In this document: positions 35,535 to 45,225 of the stretch, piece by piece
How the letters are laid out: each line of letters opens with the position of its first letter
Numbering within the stretch: position 1 is the first letter of the stretch
Notes under the pieces: generated by a model
Told to the model about the DNA's origin: nothing
Databases searched by the model: none
The model's input: the letters and a program-made list of their open reading frames with translations, nothing else
Translations under genes and position numbers: made by a program
Source of the DNA: Candidatus Kaiserbacteria bacterium
Lineage (GTDB): Bacteria > Patescibacteriota > Minisyncoccia > Phycocordibacterales > Phycocordibacteraceae
Direction: 5' to 3'
Length of the DNA: 64,000 nucleotides
NCBI GenBank assembly: GCA_029288865.1
Contig: JARIGM010000035.1
Span: 26,258-90,257, forward strand

Positions 35535-36278
35535 TCAGGACAGATGCTCGAATGCGATCAGATAGGCTTTATGCAAGTCGCCAATTATGTGTAACTGGCT
35601 GATCTGGTAGGTAATGATATTCCCGTTCTCACCCCTCTTAAGAAGTAATACAGGAACCCACTCGTTCTGAGATGGAAATGAAGCGATTCGTCCTTCAGGG
35701 AGTAACGTCTGGTAGTCAGCGAGGACATCGAACGCCCGAGTTCCGAACAGTTCCAGTCCTGTCTTTTCTAGAAAATTCACGCACACTGTACCCGCATGAT
35801 GGCCTTGGACGAAAAAGAACCGGACCCGATAGCGCTTGCTATTAGATTTGTCGACGACTTCGAAGCGGAGATTCTTCTCCTCTTCAAAACCTGGATGAAC
35901 CGGTAATTTGTTGCTGATAGCCTCATAGCACAGAAGGGCTACATTCCGCGAACGGATTATTTCCGAGACCTCCTCCTGAGTCATTCCCGCTTTACGTACC
36001 GAAAGAAGGAATTCGTGCATGAGCCCCGAAGAGATGCCGCTTATAGGAACGATTGGCTTCTCTTCAATACGGCCTTGATCAGTTCTGGCGCCTTTGATAG
36101 CAGCGCATATCAGCTTGGCCAGCCTATTCTCCCTTGAAGCAGCTACCGCAGAGAAAGTTTCTTTCGTGAAGCCGGCGCCTGTAAGCGCGAGCGTCAGACG
36201 ATGCAACTCCCCCGTATCAAGATCAGTCGCCTGTTGAGGTCTGTTATTTTTACGGTCACTCACGCGATCTGCGCACAT
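35535..36278 (-). CDS. hypothetical protein (247 aa)
   Basis: ORF with coding-like composition; no recognised motifs. Confidence 0.4.
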   Translation of the reverse strand: MCADRVSDRKNNRPQQATDLDTGELHRLTLALTGAGFTKETFSAVAASRENRLAKLICAAIKGARTDQGRIEEKPIVPISGISSGLMHEFLLSVRKAGMTQEEVSEIIRSRNVALLCYEAISNKLPVHPGFEEEKNLRFEVVDKSNSKRYRVRFFFVQGHHAGTVCVNFLEKTGLELFGTRAFDVLADYQTLLPEGRIASFPSQNEWVPVLLLKRGENGNIITYQISQLHIIGDLHKAYLIAFEHLS

Positions 36279-36358
36279 GACGATCTCCTGTATTTGTTTT
36301 GTTCACCTCGGCCTATCCGAAGCAAGGGCACTCTGCCGAATTATATTATAGCTTTTAT

Positions 36359-36811
36359 CTATACATTTGTCAAAACGTGCTTCACGCAGCGGCAGCCGAT
36401 GGGCTTAATGTGTTCATCGAAATATTCTTTGCCATAATCATAGTTGAGCTCCTCCCCTGACTTGATCGCGCGCTTGGCAAGGACGAACACGCGCTGCTTA
36501 TGGATTTCTACCTCGCAGTTCGGGCGGCACGAATGATTGATATAGCCCGCTTTGTTGATGCGCGGCTTGCCATCGATCGTCTTCGTCTTCGTGACCTGGA
36601 ACAGATACTTGCTGCGGCTCGTCGTCTCCTCTTCTTTGGAGATCACGCGGCCCACATACTCGATGATGCATGCTCCTTTCGGGATATCTTCTCCTGCGAA
36701 GAGTCCGATGCCCGCTCCTGGTGCTGAGCGACGGACTATGAGTTTGAAATCGCCCGGTTCGAACTTGCCTTTCTTTTTTTCTGTCTTCTTTTCGGGCGTC
36801 TTTGTGGTCAT
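36359..36811 (-). CDS. SET-domain protein (putative protein-lysine methyltransferase)
   Basis: NHSCRPNC and ELNYDYG SET-fold signature motifs, a Cys-rich post-SET region (CRC), and a Lys-rich N-terminal tail. Confidence 0.7.
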   Translation of the reverse strand: MTTKTPEKKTEKKKGKFEPGDFKLIVRRSAPGAGIGLFAGEDIPKGACIIEYVGRVISKEEETTSRSKYLFQVTKTKTIDGKPRINKAGYINHSCRPNCEVEIHKQRVFVLAKRAIKSGEELNYDYGKEYFDEHIKPIGCRCVKHVLTNV

Positions 36812-36839
36812 GGATTGAATGATGGTATAACAAGAGGAC

Positions 36840-37196
36840 ATGATTGCCAATCTTTCTTCCCTTCTGGGTCAATTCAACAGCCCATGGGTCTTCCTCGGAT
36901 TCTTCGGGCAGTTCGTCTTCTTCATGCGTTTCGCCGTGCAGTGGATCGCGTCAGAGCGCAAGAAGCAGATCGTCGTGCCGATGGCCTTTTGGTACTTAAG
37001 CATCGGGGGATCACTCATCATCCTCGTCTATTCGATTCACATCAAGGACATCGTCTTCATCACGGCGCAGTCCTTCTCGCTCTTCGTGTACCTCCGCAAC
37101 ATCATGCTGCAACGAAATATCGACCGAAGAGAGAATCAGCGCGAGCGAACTTCAGCGAGCGTGAGCACTGATTCGGACACGACCGGCACGAACTGA
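36840..37196 (+). CDS. lipid-A-disaccharide synthase N-terminal domain (LAB_N) membrane protein
   Basis: Three TM helices with W/F-rich LAB_N pattern. 3' end overlaps the convergent GT39 gene by about 60 nt. Confidence 0.5.
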   Translation: MIANLSSLLGQFNSPWVFLGFFGQFVFFMRFAVQWIASERKKQIVVPMAFWYLSIGGSLIILVYSIHIKDIVFITAQSFSLFVYLRNIMLQRNIDRRENQRERTSASVSTDSDTTGTN

Positions 37197-38563
37197 ACGC
37201 TCGGATACTCCGCAGTGAGTTTCTGAGCATCGCGCGTGTTGTAAAGCACATACGAGCCGGGAGCGGGATGCGAATATGCGCTGAGCCACGGCGGTTGCAC
37301 GATGCCATTGTAGTACATGACGCTGCCGAGTGTGGTGACGTTGTATACGTAAAAAGTAGGAGCATGGGCGGCACGGAGGTAATTGCCGATCGCCTGCTCC
37401 TCATATGCAAGGCTCACTTCTGGACCGTAGTCTGGATTTAAATGGAATCCGTTGTAGATCGAATACCCGAGACCAATGGCGAGCAATGCGACACCCAGGC
37501 AACAGAGCGCGAGGCGCTCGTTCTTTTTCATGTGCTGCACGAGTGCGAAGCTCATGATCGCGAGCGCGACAGCCATGAACGGATACAGTGGTATGAGATA
37601 CGAGATGGCCTTCGTTTGAGTGATGAGACAAATCGCAAGTACGCTGCCTGCCCCAGCAAGTGCTGCGATATATCCGGCGCGAAGCTCACGGGTCATGTGA
37701 TGGCGGAGGAATGGGTAGAAGAGAATGCTCGCGAGGAAGAGCTCAGACCACGGTGCGGCGAACCACGCGAGGAAGGCGAAATATCCGGAGTTCGTCGTGC
37801 TCACGATGAACAGCTGCCCTGCCACGCGATCCAATACCTGCACACCGACGTATTCGTGCCAGAACGCGAGACCGAATTTTACAGTCTCGTATATGTGCCA
37901 CGGCAATACGATGAGCAGCAATGCGGCGAGCCCGCCCCACGCATACGAATGCCGGAATATGCGGAACTCACGCAGGTACGGCGCAACTGCGACGATAGCA
38001 GCGATCGCATAGAGCACGAGCGGACCCTTTGCGAGAATGGCGAGCCCAAGGAACGCACCAAGCCATATGAGCCAGACACGGCGCGTGCGTGCTTTAAAGA
38101 ATGCATAGAGCGCGAGCATGTCTAAAAGAGACGCAAGCGTATCGAATCGAACTTCCCGAGCAGGCTCAAGAAACGCACTCGTGGCGAGGAGGATGCCGCC
38201 GCCAAAGGCCGCGGCGTATCCATTCCCTGTCACCGCATATACGATCATCATCACCACGATCACTGCGAGAAAGCCCGCAGCAGCAGCCGGCATACGGTCC
38301 GCCGTTTGCACGTCAGGCATGATCGTTTGCGACGCGCCCATCAGCCAGAAAAGAAGCGGCGGCTTTCGGAAATAATTCACGCCCAAGAAATGCAACGAAA
38401 GGAAGTCATGATTCGTGAAGCTCTCGTGGACTACCTCTGCATAGGTCGCTTCGTCATAGTCCTGGAACGGCTCTGCGCCAAGCCGATAGAAAAAGAGCAC
38501 GCCGCTCAGGACCACAACGGCTGCCATAAGCGCCACTGCGCTTTTTGGAATCTTGCTCAACAT
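37136..38563 (-). CDS. glycosyltransferase family 39 (ArnT/PMT-like GT-C)
   Basis: Many TM helices; an extracytoplasmic DE motif near the N-terminus (FQDYDEATYAEV) typical of ArnT/PMT. Confidence 0.7.
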   Translation of the reverse strand: MLSKIPKSAVALMAAVVVLSGVLFFYRLGAEPFQDYDEATYAEVVHESFTNHDFLSLHFLGVNYFRKPPLLFWLMGASQTIMPDVQTADRMPAAAAGFLAVIVVMMIVYAVTGNGYAAAFGGGILLATSAFLEPAREVRFDTLASLLDMLALYAFFKARTRRVWLIWLGAFLGLAILAKGPLVLYAIAAIVAVAPYLREFRIFRHSYAWGGLAALLLIVLPWHIYETVKFGLAFWHEYVGVQVLDRVAGQLFIVSTTNSGYFAFLAWFAAPWSELFLASILFYPFLRHHMTRELRAGYIAALAGAGSVLAICLITQTKAISYLIPLYPFMAVALAIMSFALVQHMKKNERLALCCLGVALLAIGLGYSIYNGFHLNPDYGPEVSLAYEEQAIGNYLRAAHAPTFYVYNVTTLGSVMYYNGIVQPPWLSAYSHPAPGSYVLYNTRDAQKLTAEYPSVQFVPVVSESVLTLAEVRSR

Positions 38564-38591
38564 TTGCCTAGTATATCGGAAAACAAAATAG

Positions 38592-38635
38592 AAAACCTCC
38601 CTGATCTCGTAATTTTTGGAGATCAGGGAGGTTTT
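38592..38635. terminator. long bidirectional hairpin terminator
   Basis: aaaacctccctgatctc gtaattttt ggagatcagggaggtttt. Confidence 0.75.
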
Positions 38636-38646
38636 CTATTTTGTTA

Positions 38647-39285
38647 TTAGAACTTCGCCATCGGGAGATGCTGGCTTCCCTCCACGAGCTTCGCGAGGTC
38701 TGCCTGCGTCTTCGGCATGTGCTGAGGGTCGACGAATCCGACCACGTGAATGTTCACTCCCACACATGCGCCGAGGGCGATACTTGGGTTAAGTAAACGG
38801 CTTCCGAGCGTGACCTTATCGGTCGGGTCGAGAAGGATGTCCACCTTGTTGTGCATGCGAGCATTCATCGCGTCACCAATCACGCGGTAACCGATAAGGT
38901 GCTGGACGCTGGAGTAGCCACACGAAGCGCCACCCGTCGAATCAGGACCGTCGACAGCAATGATCGTGCCGTACGGAAGTTTCGATGAGAGGTCGCTTGA
39001 GCGAGCAGCAATCACTTCGGGATTAGAGTACACACCGATGGCCGTATAAAACGGAGAACCATCAGTCTGGCCAGGCACCGCATTATACGAGGTGAGCGTT
39101 ACCGACATGGCGGTAGTCGCTGCGGGGGCCTGAATTGTACTAACCGGGGTGGTCGTCATGCCCAGGATTCCGATCGAGTTCGTGGTTACCGTACTCGTAG
39201 AGATCACCTGTGCATTGGCCGTAAGAGGCGCTAAGACACTATTGGACAAAATGAGTAAGCCAATTAAGGCTATTTTTTTGTGCAT
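38647..39285 (-). CDS. 3D-domain protein (MltA/RlpA-like cell-wall lytic domain), signal peptide
   Basis: Signal peptide, Thr-rich linker, then a 3D-domain pattern (SYNAVPGQTDGSPFYTA…D…D). Confidence 0.55.
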   Translation of the reverse strand: MHKKIALIGLLILSNSVLAPLTANAQVISTSTVTTNSIGILGMTTTPVSTIQAPAATTAMSVTLTSYNAVPGQTDGSPFYTAIGVYSNPEVIAARSSDLSSKLPYGTIIAVDGPDSTGGASCGYSSVQHLIGYRVIGDAMNARMHNKVDILLDPTDKVTLGSRLLNPSIALGACVGVNIHVVGFVDPQHMPKTQADLAKLVEGSQHLPMAKF

Positions 39286-39588
39286 AAGTGAGCGAAGCAA
39301 AAAAGCAAAAGTACAGGCGTTATCGGCGTGTACTTCGGGATTTCTGATTCACTCTTAATTACAAGCCTATACCCGCCGAGGCAATTTGTCAAGCGTTTAA
39401 GAGGCATTTTGGAGGTGCCAGGGCAGAAAATATGGCCTATTTATTGGGTAATTTTGCGGACAGGCGGCCAGAAGCCAGAGGCGCAGATTTGGCATTATTT
39501 CACTATATTTACGTAGCTTGTCAAAAACTCAGAAATATCTCATTTCCTCTCCAGGAAGATTTGATTGCGGAAATCTTATGCTCGATTT

Positions 39589-40626
39589 ATGGACTTCCCG
39601 TCGGTTATCGAGCTCTTCGAAACAGTACTAAACGACGCCTGCGCGGCCAGTGCTTCGGATATTCACCTCTGCCCCGGGAATCCAGACCTACTCGTGCGGC
39701 TTCGCGTGCATGGCGCACTCCGCGACGTGTCCCGACTGCCTATGCAGCTGCATCCTGAGCTGCTTGCGCGCATCAAGATACTCGCGCAGCTACGGATAGA
39801 TGAACACTTGATGCCGCAAGATGGTCGATTTTCGTTCGAGCTGCCCGATGGCGCACGGGTCGATGTGCGCGTTTCACTCACGCCGACGCACCATGGCGAG
39901 CAGGCGGTGCTGCGCTTGCTCCGTCTGCATGCGGAACTGGAAACCCTGAAGGGCCTCGGGCTTCGCCGTGAGTATCGGGCAGTGATCGAAGCGGTGCTTG
40001 GGCGGCAGACGGGCCTCGTGCTCGTGACCGGCCCGACCGGCTCCGGCAAGACGAGCACGCTCTATGCCCTGCTCCGACTGCTGAACACGCGCGACATCTC
40101 GATCATGACGATCGAGGACCCGGTCGAGTATGAGATGCCGGGGGTAGCGCAGATCAGCGTACATCCCGCTGCAGGCTTCTCGTTCGCGCATGCGCTCCGA
40201 AGCGTCATGCGCCAAGATCCAGACGTTATCATGGTCGGCGAGATTCGCGACCGCGAGACTGCCGAACTTGCCATCCATGCTGCACTCACCGGTCACCTCG
40301 TGCTCGCCACGTTCCATGCGAATGATGCGCCCGCTGCCCTGCTCCGGCTCATCACGATGGGCGTCGAACCGTATCTCGTCGCATCGACCGTCGAGCTCGT
40401 GCTTTCGCAGCGACTCGTCCGCACGAAAGACGAACGTGCACGCATCGGCATCTTCGAGCTGCTTCGTTTGAATGCGGCGATGCGCGAGGTTATCGCACGC
40501 TCCGGAAGCAAGGATGCACTGCTCGCATGTGCAGATAACGCATCGTATTGGCCGCTCGCCCATGATTGCCAGGCGAAACTCGAACGTAACCTTCTTTATC
40601 CGCCAGATGTTCAGAGATATTTATGA
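39589..40626 (+). CDS. pilB: type IV pilus assembly / T2SS ATPase (PilB/GspE family, short form)
   Basis: Walker A GPTGSGKTST, Asp box DPVE, Walker B IMVGEIRD, His box ATFHAN. Confidence 0.8.
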   Translation: MDFPSVIELFETVLNDACAASASDIHLCPGNPDLLVRLRVHGALRDVSRLPMQLHPELLARIKILAQLRIDEHLMPQDGRFSFELPDGARVDVRVSLTPTHHGEQAVLRLLRLHAELETLKGLGLRREYRAVIEAVLGRQTGLVLVTGPTGSGKTSTLYALLRLLNTRDISIMTIEDPVEYEMPGVAQISVHPAAGFSFAHALRSVMRQDPDVIMVGEIRDRETAELAIHAALTGHLVLATFHANDAPAALLRLITMGVEPYLVASTVELVLSQRLVRTKDERARIGIFELLRLNAAMREVIARSGSKDALLACADNASYWPLAHDCQAKLERNLLYPPDVQRYL

Positions 40627-41675
40627 AGCTCGCCCGCATGAATACGCGAGACAAGATACTATTGTTCGAGCGATTATCCCTCTATCTGAGCGCGGGTATG
40701 CCCATACTCGGCGCGATCGCATCCTTGCGACAAAGTGCAAAACGCGCATCCACCCGAGCTGTCCTCGTAGCATGCGAGGATTCGCTTCAGCGCGGACATC
40801 CGCTTTCCGAAGGGCTTGCCGCAACACCCCGCACCTTCGATGCCTTCACGATCGGACTTATCGCTGCTGGCGAATCGAGCGGCAACCTCGCAAGCTCGCT
40901 CAAGCGGATTGCCGAAACGCTCGCTCAACGCAGTGCGCTCTCAGAGCGGATCATAAGTATCTGCATCTACCCTGCCGTCGTTCTGCTCGCGACAGCGGGC
41001 CTCGGCGGCTTCCTTATATTGTATGTATTTCCCAAGATGCTGCCGGTGCTTGAAGGATTCCACATCTCCTTACCCTGGCCCACGCGCTTATTGATTGGGA
41101 TCGAGCATATCCTCGAGCATGACTGGATTGGCATCGCACTCGCCTGCGGCGCACTCGTGATTTCTTCGAGCGTCCTGATACGACGTGAAGCCGTGCGGCG
41201 TCGAATCGAAGCGATAATGCTTCGAATTCCGATTGTCGGAAATGCATATCGCACGTACGCCGTCGCGCGACTGTTCCTCGTTCTTTCCATGACCTACGAA
41301 TCGGGCATCTCGATCCTTCCTGCATTCGCGATAACCGAATCGACTCTTACGAGTTCGCTCTATCGCGAAAGCCTTCGAGCCATAAGCGCGAGAGTCGGGC
41401 ATGGAGAGAGAATCGCTGATGCATTCAATGCTACCCCACTGCTTTATCCAGACATTGCGTTTCAATTGATCGCAACCGGCGAAGCGACCGGCACCCTCCG
41501 ACAAAGCTTCACGCACATCGCCGAAATCAGCGCGAACGAGCTCGGCATCATCACTCGTACGGTTTCAGTACTGATAGAACCGGCACTGATGGCGTGCATG
41601 GGGCTGGTCGTCGGCACGATCGCGCTCGCCATCGTTATGCCGATCTATCAGATAACCGGGAGTCTCTCCGCATGA
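40623..41675 (+). CDS. pilC: type IV pilus platform protein (PilC/GspF family)
   Basis: Duplicated GspF domains and three TM helices; overlaps the pilB stop. Confidence 0.8.
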   Translation: MKLARMNTRDKILLFERLSLYLSAGMPILGAIASLRQSAKRASTRAVLVACEDSLQRGHPLSEGLAATPRTFDAFTIGLIAAGESSGNLASSLKRIAETLAQRSALSERIISICIYPAVVLLATAGLGGFLILYVFPKMLPVLEGFHISLPWPTRLLIGIEHILEHDWIGIALACGALVISSSVLIRREAVRRRIEAIMLRIPIVGNAYRTYAVARLFLVLSMTYESGISILPAFAITESTLTSSLYRESLRAISARVGHGERIADAFNATPLLYPDIAFQLIATGEATGTLRQSFTHIAEISANELGIITRTVSVLIEPALMACMGLVVGTIALAIVMPIYQITGSLSA

Positions 41676-43126
41676 CTATGCACGGATTCTCGACTCTTGA
41701 GGTGATGATCTCGATGGTGGTGCTTGCTGCGACCTTCAGCGCTTGTGCGCTCATCCCGCTCGCGCTTCCGGCTTCGCTCGCGAATGGAGAGCGGAGCGTG
41801 AACGAAGCCTGGAAGCTCGAAGATGCTATGGACCAGCTGCTGCATGGCGCCAGGCTGGATTTTGCGGCCACACTCGGCCAACATACGCCCGGCATGGCTC
41901 TCGCCACGAACGGGTTCGACGTGCTTGCTACTGCGAGCAGCACCTGGACCGATGTGCATGGCATGCCGCGCACCATGACACTCGCTGCGCTCGCATCCGA
42001 TCTGCGCCGCGATCATACGCCTGATCCATGCGGATCTACGAATCCTTCCGCATGGGTTCATTCGTCGCTGAGTTCGTATGCGTTCGATTCGCATCCATTC
42101 ACGAGCCTTGCCGTCTCCAGCTCGACGCTCGTGGCGCTCGTATCCGCTGCCCTCTCGGCAACCGATCCGACCGTATTCATATTTGATATCTCGAGCTCGA
42201 CACCAGCATTGCGGTCCGCCATCGATCTTTCGCCGTCCACGAAGCGCGGCAGCGCAGCTGCGGCGCTTTCGGGGAATTACGCCTACATCGCGAGCGCCGT
42301 GCAGCCGAATTTTTCCACGTGTTCCGTCTCTTCCGCCTGTACGCAATTGCAGATTCTCGATATCCACGATCCCGCGCATCCCCAGATCCTTTCATCGCTG
42401 AAATTACCGACTCTTTCTCCACCTTATGCGATCGGCACTGGCGGCCAATCCTCTGGACAAAGCATCGCGTATGCAAATGGAAAGGTATATCTCGGTCTCG
42501 TAAAAACTGGATCACCGCAAGGAGAGGAGTTCAACATCATCGACGTGCATGATCCCGCGGCACCCGCGTGGATCGGCGGTTACAAGATCGGACGCACGGT
42601 CACTGGCATCCTCGTGCGCGGTATCTATGCATATGTCACGACCGACGACCCGAACCAAGGCCTGCTGATATTGAATGTGCGCGACCCGTCCCATATCGTC
42701 CTGCTCGCAAGCTATCGGACGCAGGGCTCGAGCATCTATACCTACGCACAAGATATCGGCATCGCGAGTAGCACGCTCATTATCGGTCGCACGTATGCAC
42801 CCGGCCAACCAGAACTACTCCTCTTGGATGTCTCGACCATCACTGCTCCTGCACTCTCGAGCAGCATCGAGACTGCCGCCACCTCATCACCATGGAATAT
42901 AGACGGAGTGATCGAGACTCCCGAGATGGCGTTCGTGGAGCGAGATGCAGCCATTGATTTCTGGTCTATTGCAGATCCGCTCCATCCGTTGCAAAGTGCG
43001 CCGCCACTTTCCCTTCCGCCTTCGACCGGCGGCACGGCGCTTGCATGCGCGAACGGTGTGCTCTACGCAAGCTCGGTCTCGAGCACGAGCACGGGGTATG
43101 TATCAGTAATTCGCGGTTCCCTATGA
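41672..43126 (+). CDS. large pilin-like protein (484 aa) with class III signal peptide
   Basis: MTMHG/FSTLEVMISMVVL prepilin motif (G-F-S-T-L-E). Start overlaps the pilC stop (ATGA). Confidence 0.55.
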   Translation: MTMHGFSTLEVMISMVVLAATFSACALIPLALPASLANGERSVNEAWKLEDAMDQLLHGARLDFAATLGQHTPGMALATNGFDVLATASSTWTDVHGMPRTMTLAALASDLRRDHTPDPCGSTNPSAWVHSSLSSYAFDSHPFTSLAVSSSTLVALVSAALSATDPTVFIFDISSSTPALRSAIDLSPSTKRGSAAAALSGNYAYIASAVQPNFSTCSVSSACTQLQILDIHDPAHPQILSSLKLPTLSPPYAIGTGGQSSGQSIAYANGKVYLGLVKTGSPQGEEFNIIDVHDPAAPAWIGGYKIGRTVTGILVRGIYAYVTTDDPNQGLLILNVRDPSHIVLLASYRTQGSSIYTYAQDIGIASSTLIIGRTYAPGQPELLLLDVSTITAPALSSSIETAATSSPWNIDGVIETPEMAFVERDAAIDFWSIADPLHPLQSAPPLSLPPSTGGTALACANGVLYASSVSSTSTGYVSVIRGSL

Positions 43127-43473
43127 GTCCTGTCCGCTGCCGCGCGTTCAGCATGCTTGAAGCAATCGTCTGCCTCAGTCTGAGCGCCATGCTGCTGAGC
43201 GGCTTCTCGTCTATCCACTATGCACTTAGAGAGTCGCTCGCGCGCACGACGACAAAGAGTGTTCTTGAGAACGAACGACTGCTGCTGTTCGACGAAATTC
43301 TGCATGAACAACCAGCCAGCGTGAGCCCATTCGTCTATGAACGAGTATTCACACTCGCGACAAGCTCCGATGGCTCACCTGTACGCACGGTTCATATCGA
43401 ATTATCGGCAACGACGAGCACGGGCAGAGTGCTCACCTCATCCAGCACGCGCACGCTATGGAACAGCATATGA
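43123..43473 (+). CDS. pseudopilin-like protein
   Basis: CRAFSMLEAIVCLSLSAML N-terminus (prepilin-like with Ala at -1); ATGA overlap with the preceding gene. Confidence 0.4.
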   Translation: MSPVRCRAFSMLEAIVCLSLSAMLLSGFSSIHYALRESLARTTTKSVLENERLLLFDEILHEQPASVSPFVYERVFTLATSSDGSPVRTVHIELSATTSTGRVLTSSSTRTLWNSI

Positions 43474-43877
43474 ACGGATTCATCGGCATCATGAGCGCGA
43501 TTCTCATTTCTGCTTTCATGACAGCAGCCATGCTTTCCGCAAGTGCCAATGCATTCGCGACACGCTTCAATCAGCTCCGCCATATCGATGAAGTACGCAG
43601 CTCGGTGGGCGCTTATTCCTGCGCCTTCGCTGCGCTCGAGAAGTTTGAGGAGGACAGCTCCTATGATCCACATGAGAGCATGCTCGGACTTCCGTTCGGG
43701 AATCCAAGTGACGGCTGTCTCGTGCATTCGCTCAGCGTAGGGACGAGTTCACTTTCGCTCTCGCTCGAGTATCGCTCCGGGATGGCGACGAGTTCTGTTG
43801 CCGCTACTGCGCATCTGAATCCTGATGGCACCCTTTCACCCGGACCCTTCATCTTTGGCACGAGTACGCCGCCATAA
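43470..43877 (+). CDS. pilin-like protein (divergent N-terminus)
   Basis: MNGFIGIMSAILISAF hydrophobic N-terminus; ATGA overlap. Confidence 0.35.
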   Translation: MNGFIGIMSAILISAFMTAAMLSASANAFATRFNQLRHIDEVRSSVGAYSCAFAALEKFEEDSSYDPHESMLGLPFGNPSDGCLVHSLSVGTSSLSLSLEYRSGMATSSVAATAHLNPDGTLSPGPFIFGTSTPP

Positions 43878-43929
43878 CGTACTCGTGCTTATCCATAACC
43901 ATATTCCTATGCTCCACCACTATAAGAAG

Positions 43930-44433
43930 ATGCTCGCGCGGAACGCGCGAGGCTTCACGCTCATCGAGATCCTCGTCGTGATCGGTATGCTGGCGATCCT
44001 CTCGACGATTGTACTCGTCGCCGTGAATCCGCTCCGTCAATTCGCGCAAGCCCGCAATACGCAACGCCAGAATGACGTTGCTACAATCCTGAACGCCATC
44101 AGTGAACGTATCGCCGACAACGGCGGCATGTTCCGGCCTACCGGCAACACGGACGGCTGCTCCGTACAACTTCAGCCTGATCCGACGAGCATGAGCAAAG
44201 CCAGCTTCGATATTCGCTCCTGTCTGGTACCGACCTACGTATCCGAGCTCCCGCATGACCCGAGCTCCGGCAGCAATACCTGCCACTCCTCGACTTGCTC
44301 GGGGACTGACGAGTCCTACGACCTTGGCTATACTGTTTCTCAAGATAGCGCCACGAACCGAATCACAGTGTGTGCCCCGGAAGCTGCTGAGTCAGCACTC
44401 CCAGGAAGTACCAAATACTGCGTGAGTCGCTGA
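43930..44433 (+). CDS. pilA: type IV pilin (major pilin candidate)
   Basis: Canonical ARGFTLIEILVVIGMLAIL prepilin N-terminus with C-terminal Cys pairs; alternative start at 43909. Terminator at 44436-44469. Confidence 0.7.
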   Translation: MLARNARGFTLIEILVVIGMLAILSTIVLVAVNPLRQFAQARNTQRQNDVATILNAISERIADNGGMFRPTGNTDGCSVQLQPDPTSMSKASFDIRSCLVPTYVSELPHDPSSGSNTCHSSTCSGTDESYDLGYTVSQDSATNRITVCAPEAAESALPGSTKYCVSR

Positions 44434-44435
44434 GA

Positions 44436-44469
44436 AAAGGCCCCGAGACGTGCTGTTTCGGGGCCTTTT
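44436..44469 (+). terminator. intrinsic terminator after pilin operon
   Basis: aaaaggccccgagacg tgct gtttcggggcctttt. Confidence 0.75.
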
Positions 44470-44547
44470 CTTCTCTCTGAACCGGACTTCATGTAGACTT
44501 CATGGAGCTCATGCGTAAATGATGAGGTATTCATAAAGACGATTGCT

Positions 44548-45225
44548 ATGCGTATCTTGATTGTTGAAGATGAGGCGAAGCTGGCAGAAGCCGTGAAGAA
44601 GGGCCTCGAGCTCAAAGGCTTCACGGTGGACTGGCTTGCAGACGGCGAGAAGGCACGCACCCGTATCCTGCTCTACAAGAACGAGTACGACCTCGTGCTG
44701 CTCGATCTAATGCTGCCGGATGTGGATGGCGCGACCATCTGCCGCGACGCCCGGGAAGCGGGCGTGATGACGCCGATCATCATGCTCACTGCCCGTGACG
44801 AGATCGAGTATAAGGTGGACTTGCTCAATAGTGGTGCGGACGATTATATAACCAAACCGTTCGCGTTCGACGAACTCATCGCCCGCATCCAAGCGGTACT
44901 CCGCCGTCCGAGCGATGCTCTCCCCGGGACGCTGTCGATCCGCGATATCGAGCTCGACACCGGCAAGCACACCGTCACCAAGGGCGGACAGCCGATCTCG
45001 CTCACCCTCAAAGAGTTCTCGCTCCTCGAGCTGTTCTTGCGACACCCGAATGAGGCGCTCCCTCGCGAGCAGATCCTCGACCATGTGTGGAGTTTCGACT
45101 TCCCTGGCTTTAGCAACGTGCTTGATGTACATATGAAGAACCTTCGCAAGAAGCTCGATACCTATGAAGAATCCGACCCCCTATTTGAAACGATTCGCGG
45201 CGTGGGTTACCGCATTAACGGATAG
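44548..45225 (+). CDS. OmpR-family response regulator
   Basis: Receiver domain (DLVLLDLMLPDVDG, TARDE…K) plus a winged-helix output domain. Confidence 0.85.
   Translation: MRILIVEDEAKLAEAVKKGLELKGFTVDWLADGEKARTRILLYKNEYDLVLLDLMLPDVDGATICRDAREAGVMTPIIMLTARDEIEYKVDLLNSGADDYITKPFAFDELIARIQAVLRRPSDALPGTLSIRDIELDTGKHTVTKGGQPISLTLKEFSLLELFLRHPNEALPREQILDHVWSFDFPGFSNVLDVHMKNLRKKLDTYEESDPLFETIRGVGYRING

Noticed and set aside
41648-43311. Long minus-strand ORFs (41648-42379, 42742-43035, 43063-43311) inside the pilin-like genes
   Set aside because: They are antisense to translationally coupled pilin genes carrying clear class III signal peptides, and have Arg-rich composition.
45164-45225. 62-nt overlap of the histidine kinase start with the response regulator end as something unusual
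   Set aside because: This is probably only start-codon ambiguity. An internal GTG or TTG start downstream of the RR stop would remove the overlap while keeping both TM helices.
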